Of a DNA stretch of 64,000 nt, positions 62,232 through 64,000 are shown one piece after another; within the stretch, counting starts at the first letter, position 1, and every line of letters begins with the position of its first letter. The stretch lies in contig NC_081360.1 of NCBI RefSeq assembly GCF_030684315.1, positions 15,895,210 to 15,959,209 of the forward strand. Direction: 5' to 3'. Under the pieces are notes generated by a model, which did no database searches, was not told the DNA's origin, and saw only the letters and a list, made by a program, of their open reading frames with translations. This DNA is from Stegostoma tigrinum (lineage: Eukaryota). The position numbers and the translations under genes are program-made.

Positions 62232-63926
62232 AGTTAGTTGTCACAGCAACAGTGTGGATGTGAACACATGGAGCCCATCATTCACAGCATTTGTAACTCA
62301 ACACAAGGATGAAATCCAAGGTGATGCAGAAGAGAACTCCACACATATTAGGATTGACAAGATTGACAAGTCGCCAGGCCCGGACCAGATTTGTCCTCGG
62401 CTGCTTTGGGAAGCGAGAAATGCAATTGCTTCGCCACTTGCGAAGATCTTTGCATCCTCGCTCTCCACTGGAGTCGTACCTGAGGACTGGAGAGAGGCAA
62501 ATGTAATTCCTCTCTTCAAGAAAGGAAATAGGGAAATCCCCGGCAATTACAGACCAGTAAGTCTCACGTCTGTCGTCTGCAAGGTGTTAGAAAGGATTCT
62601 GAGGGATAGGATTTATGACCATCTGGAAGAGCATGGCTTGATCAAATACAGTCAACACGGCTTTGTGAGGGGTAGGTCATGCCTCACAAACCTTATCGAG
62701 TTTTTTGAGGATGTGACTAGAAAAGTTGATGAGGGTCGAGCTGTGGATGTGGTGTATATGGACTTCAGTAAGGCATTTGATAAGGTTCCCCATGGTAGGG
62801 TCATTCAGAAGGTCAGGAGGAATGGGATACAGGGGAACTTAGCTGCCTGGATACAGAATTGGCTGGCCAACAGAAGACAGCGAGTGATAGTAGAAGGAAA
62901 ATATTCTGCCTGGAAGTCAGTGGTGAGTGGGGTTCCACAGGGCTCTGTCCTTGGGCCTCTACTGTTTGTAATTTTTATTAATGACTTGAATGAGGGGATT
63001 GAAGGATGGGTCAGCAAGTTTGCAGACGACACAAAGGCCGGAGGGGTCGTTGACAGTATAGAGGGCTGTTGTAGGCTGCAGCGGGACATTGACAGGATGC
63101 AGAGATGGGCTGAGAGGTGGCAGATGGAGTTCAACCTGGATAAATGCGAGGTGATGCATTTTGGAAGGTCGAATTTGAAAGCTGAGTACAGGATTAAGGA
63201 TAGGATTCTTGGCAGTGTGGAGGAACAGAGGGATCTTGGTGTGCAGATACATAGATCCCTTAAAATGGCCACCCAAGTGGACAGGGTTGTTAAGAAAGCA
63301 TATGGTGTTTTGGCTTTCATTAACAGGGGGATTGAGTTTAAGAGTCGTGAGATCTTGTTGCAGCTCTATAAAACTTTGGTTAGACCGCAGTTGGAATACT
63401 GCATCCAGTTCTGTTCGCCCTATTATAGGAAAGATGTGGATGCTTTGGAGAGGGTTCAGAGGAGGTTTACCAGGATGCTGCCTGGACTGGAGGGCTTATC
63501 TTATGAAGAGAGGTTGACTGAGCTTGGTCTCTTTTCATTGGAGAGAAGGAGGAGGAGAGGGGACCTAATTGAAGTATACAAGATAATGAGAGGCATAGAT
63601 AGAGTTGATAGCCAGAGACTATTTCCCAGGGCAGAAATGGCTAGCACGAGGGGTCATAGTTTTAAGCTGGTTGTAGGAAAGTATAGAGGGGATGTCAGAG
63701 GCGGGTTCTTTACACAGAGAGTTGTGAGAGCATGGAATGCGTTGCCAGCAGCAGTTGTGGAAGCAAGGTCATTGGGGTCATTTAAGAGACTGCTGGACAT
63801 GCATATGGCCACAGAAATTTGAGGGTGCATACATGAGGATCAACTGTTGGCACAACATTGTGGGCTGAAGGGCCTGTTCTGTGCTGTACTGTTCTATGTT
63901 CTATGTTCTATATTACAGCAGCTCAG
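62232..63926 (+). pseudogene. Repeat pseudo-exon psiR11 (62232-62350 + 63916-63926), split by a CR1
   Basis: TAG at codon 2 and a 2-bp deletion (130 nt total); last codons and GT donor resume after the CR1 tail. Confidence 0.85.
62351..63910 (+). mobile_element. Young 5'-truncated CR1 LINE with uninterrupted RT ORF (to stop at 63822), TSD atatta
   Basis: KSPGPD, NYRPVSLTS, QHGF..GRSCLTNL, DFSKAFDKVPH, VPQGSVLGP, FADDTK; (GTTCTAT)3 tail; TSD at 62345-62350 and 63910-63915. Confidence 0.97.
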
Positions 63927-64000
63927 GTAATCATTAACTGCCTAAACTGGGATCTCATTTCAATAATCCAACAGTAAGATGAGTTACCAAATAGGAAGGG

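Larger units (their letters stand above)
35730..64000 (+). repeat. Tandem array of duplicated intron+exon units (at least 13 units, core period about 1.34 kb in young copies); likely continues past the window
   Basis: The block ...gggatgggcaataaa..ctcacatcccattaa..aaatcctctcc..cAG-exon-GTaatcattaactgcctaaactgggatctcac..aggaagggtcactaa recurs at each exon. Confidence 0.95.

Overview
Eukaryotic, repeat-rich genomic DNA. The repeat families (HE1/V-SINE, SacSINE1/Deu-type SINE, CR1 LINEs with (GTTCTAT)n tails, GIY-YIG Penelope-like elements) point to a cartilaginous fish (shark); this is an inference. Most ORF-track entries are transposon debris or spurious. The window appears to lie inside one large + strand multi-exon gene that I cannot name. 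About 17 intact AG...GT exons can be read by eye, all phase 0-0, encoding an S/T/D/E-rich, probably disordered protein. From about 35.7 kb to the window end the gene becomes a tandem array of duplicated intron+exon units (core period about 1.34 kb in the youngest copies). The array holds nine intact 114-132 nt cassette exons with a recurring R-R-x-S / acidic motif, two pseudo-exons and two units that lost their exon at a TE insertion. One pseudo-exon is split by a young CR1 whose RT ORF is in frame with it. A second theme is Penelope-derived fold-back elements that carry minimal hammerhead-ribozyme cores and long target-site duplications (TSDs), down to a 28-bp micro-palindrome. Also present are a Tx1-type LINE with a 16-bp TSD, Gypsy remnants (including a Gmr1-like one and a solo LTR), a decayed Harbinger transposase and a possible VWD-domain fossil. 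All calls were made by manual reading, with no database searches.
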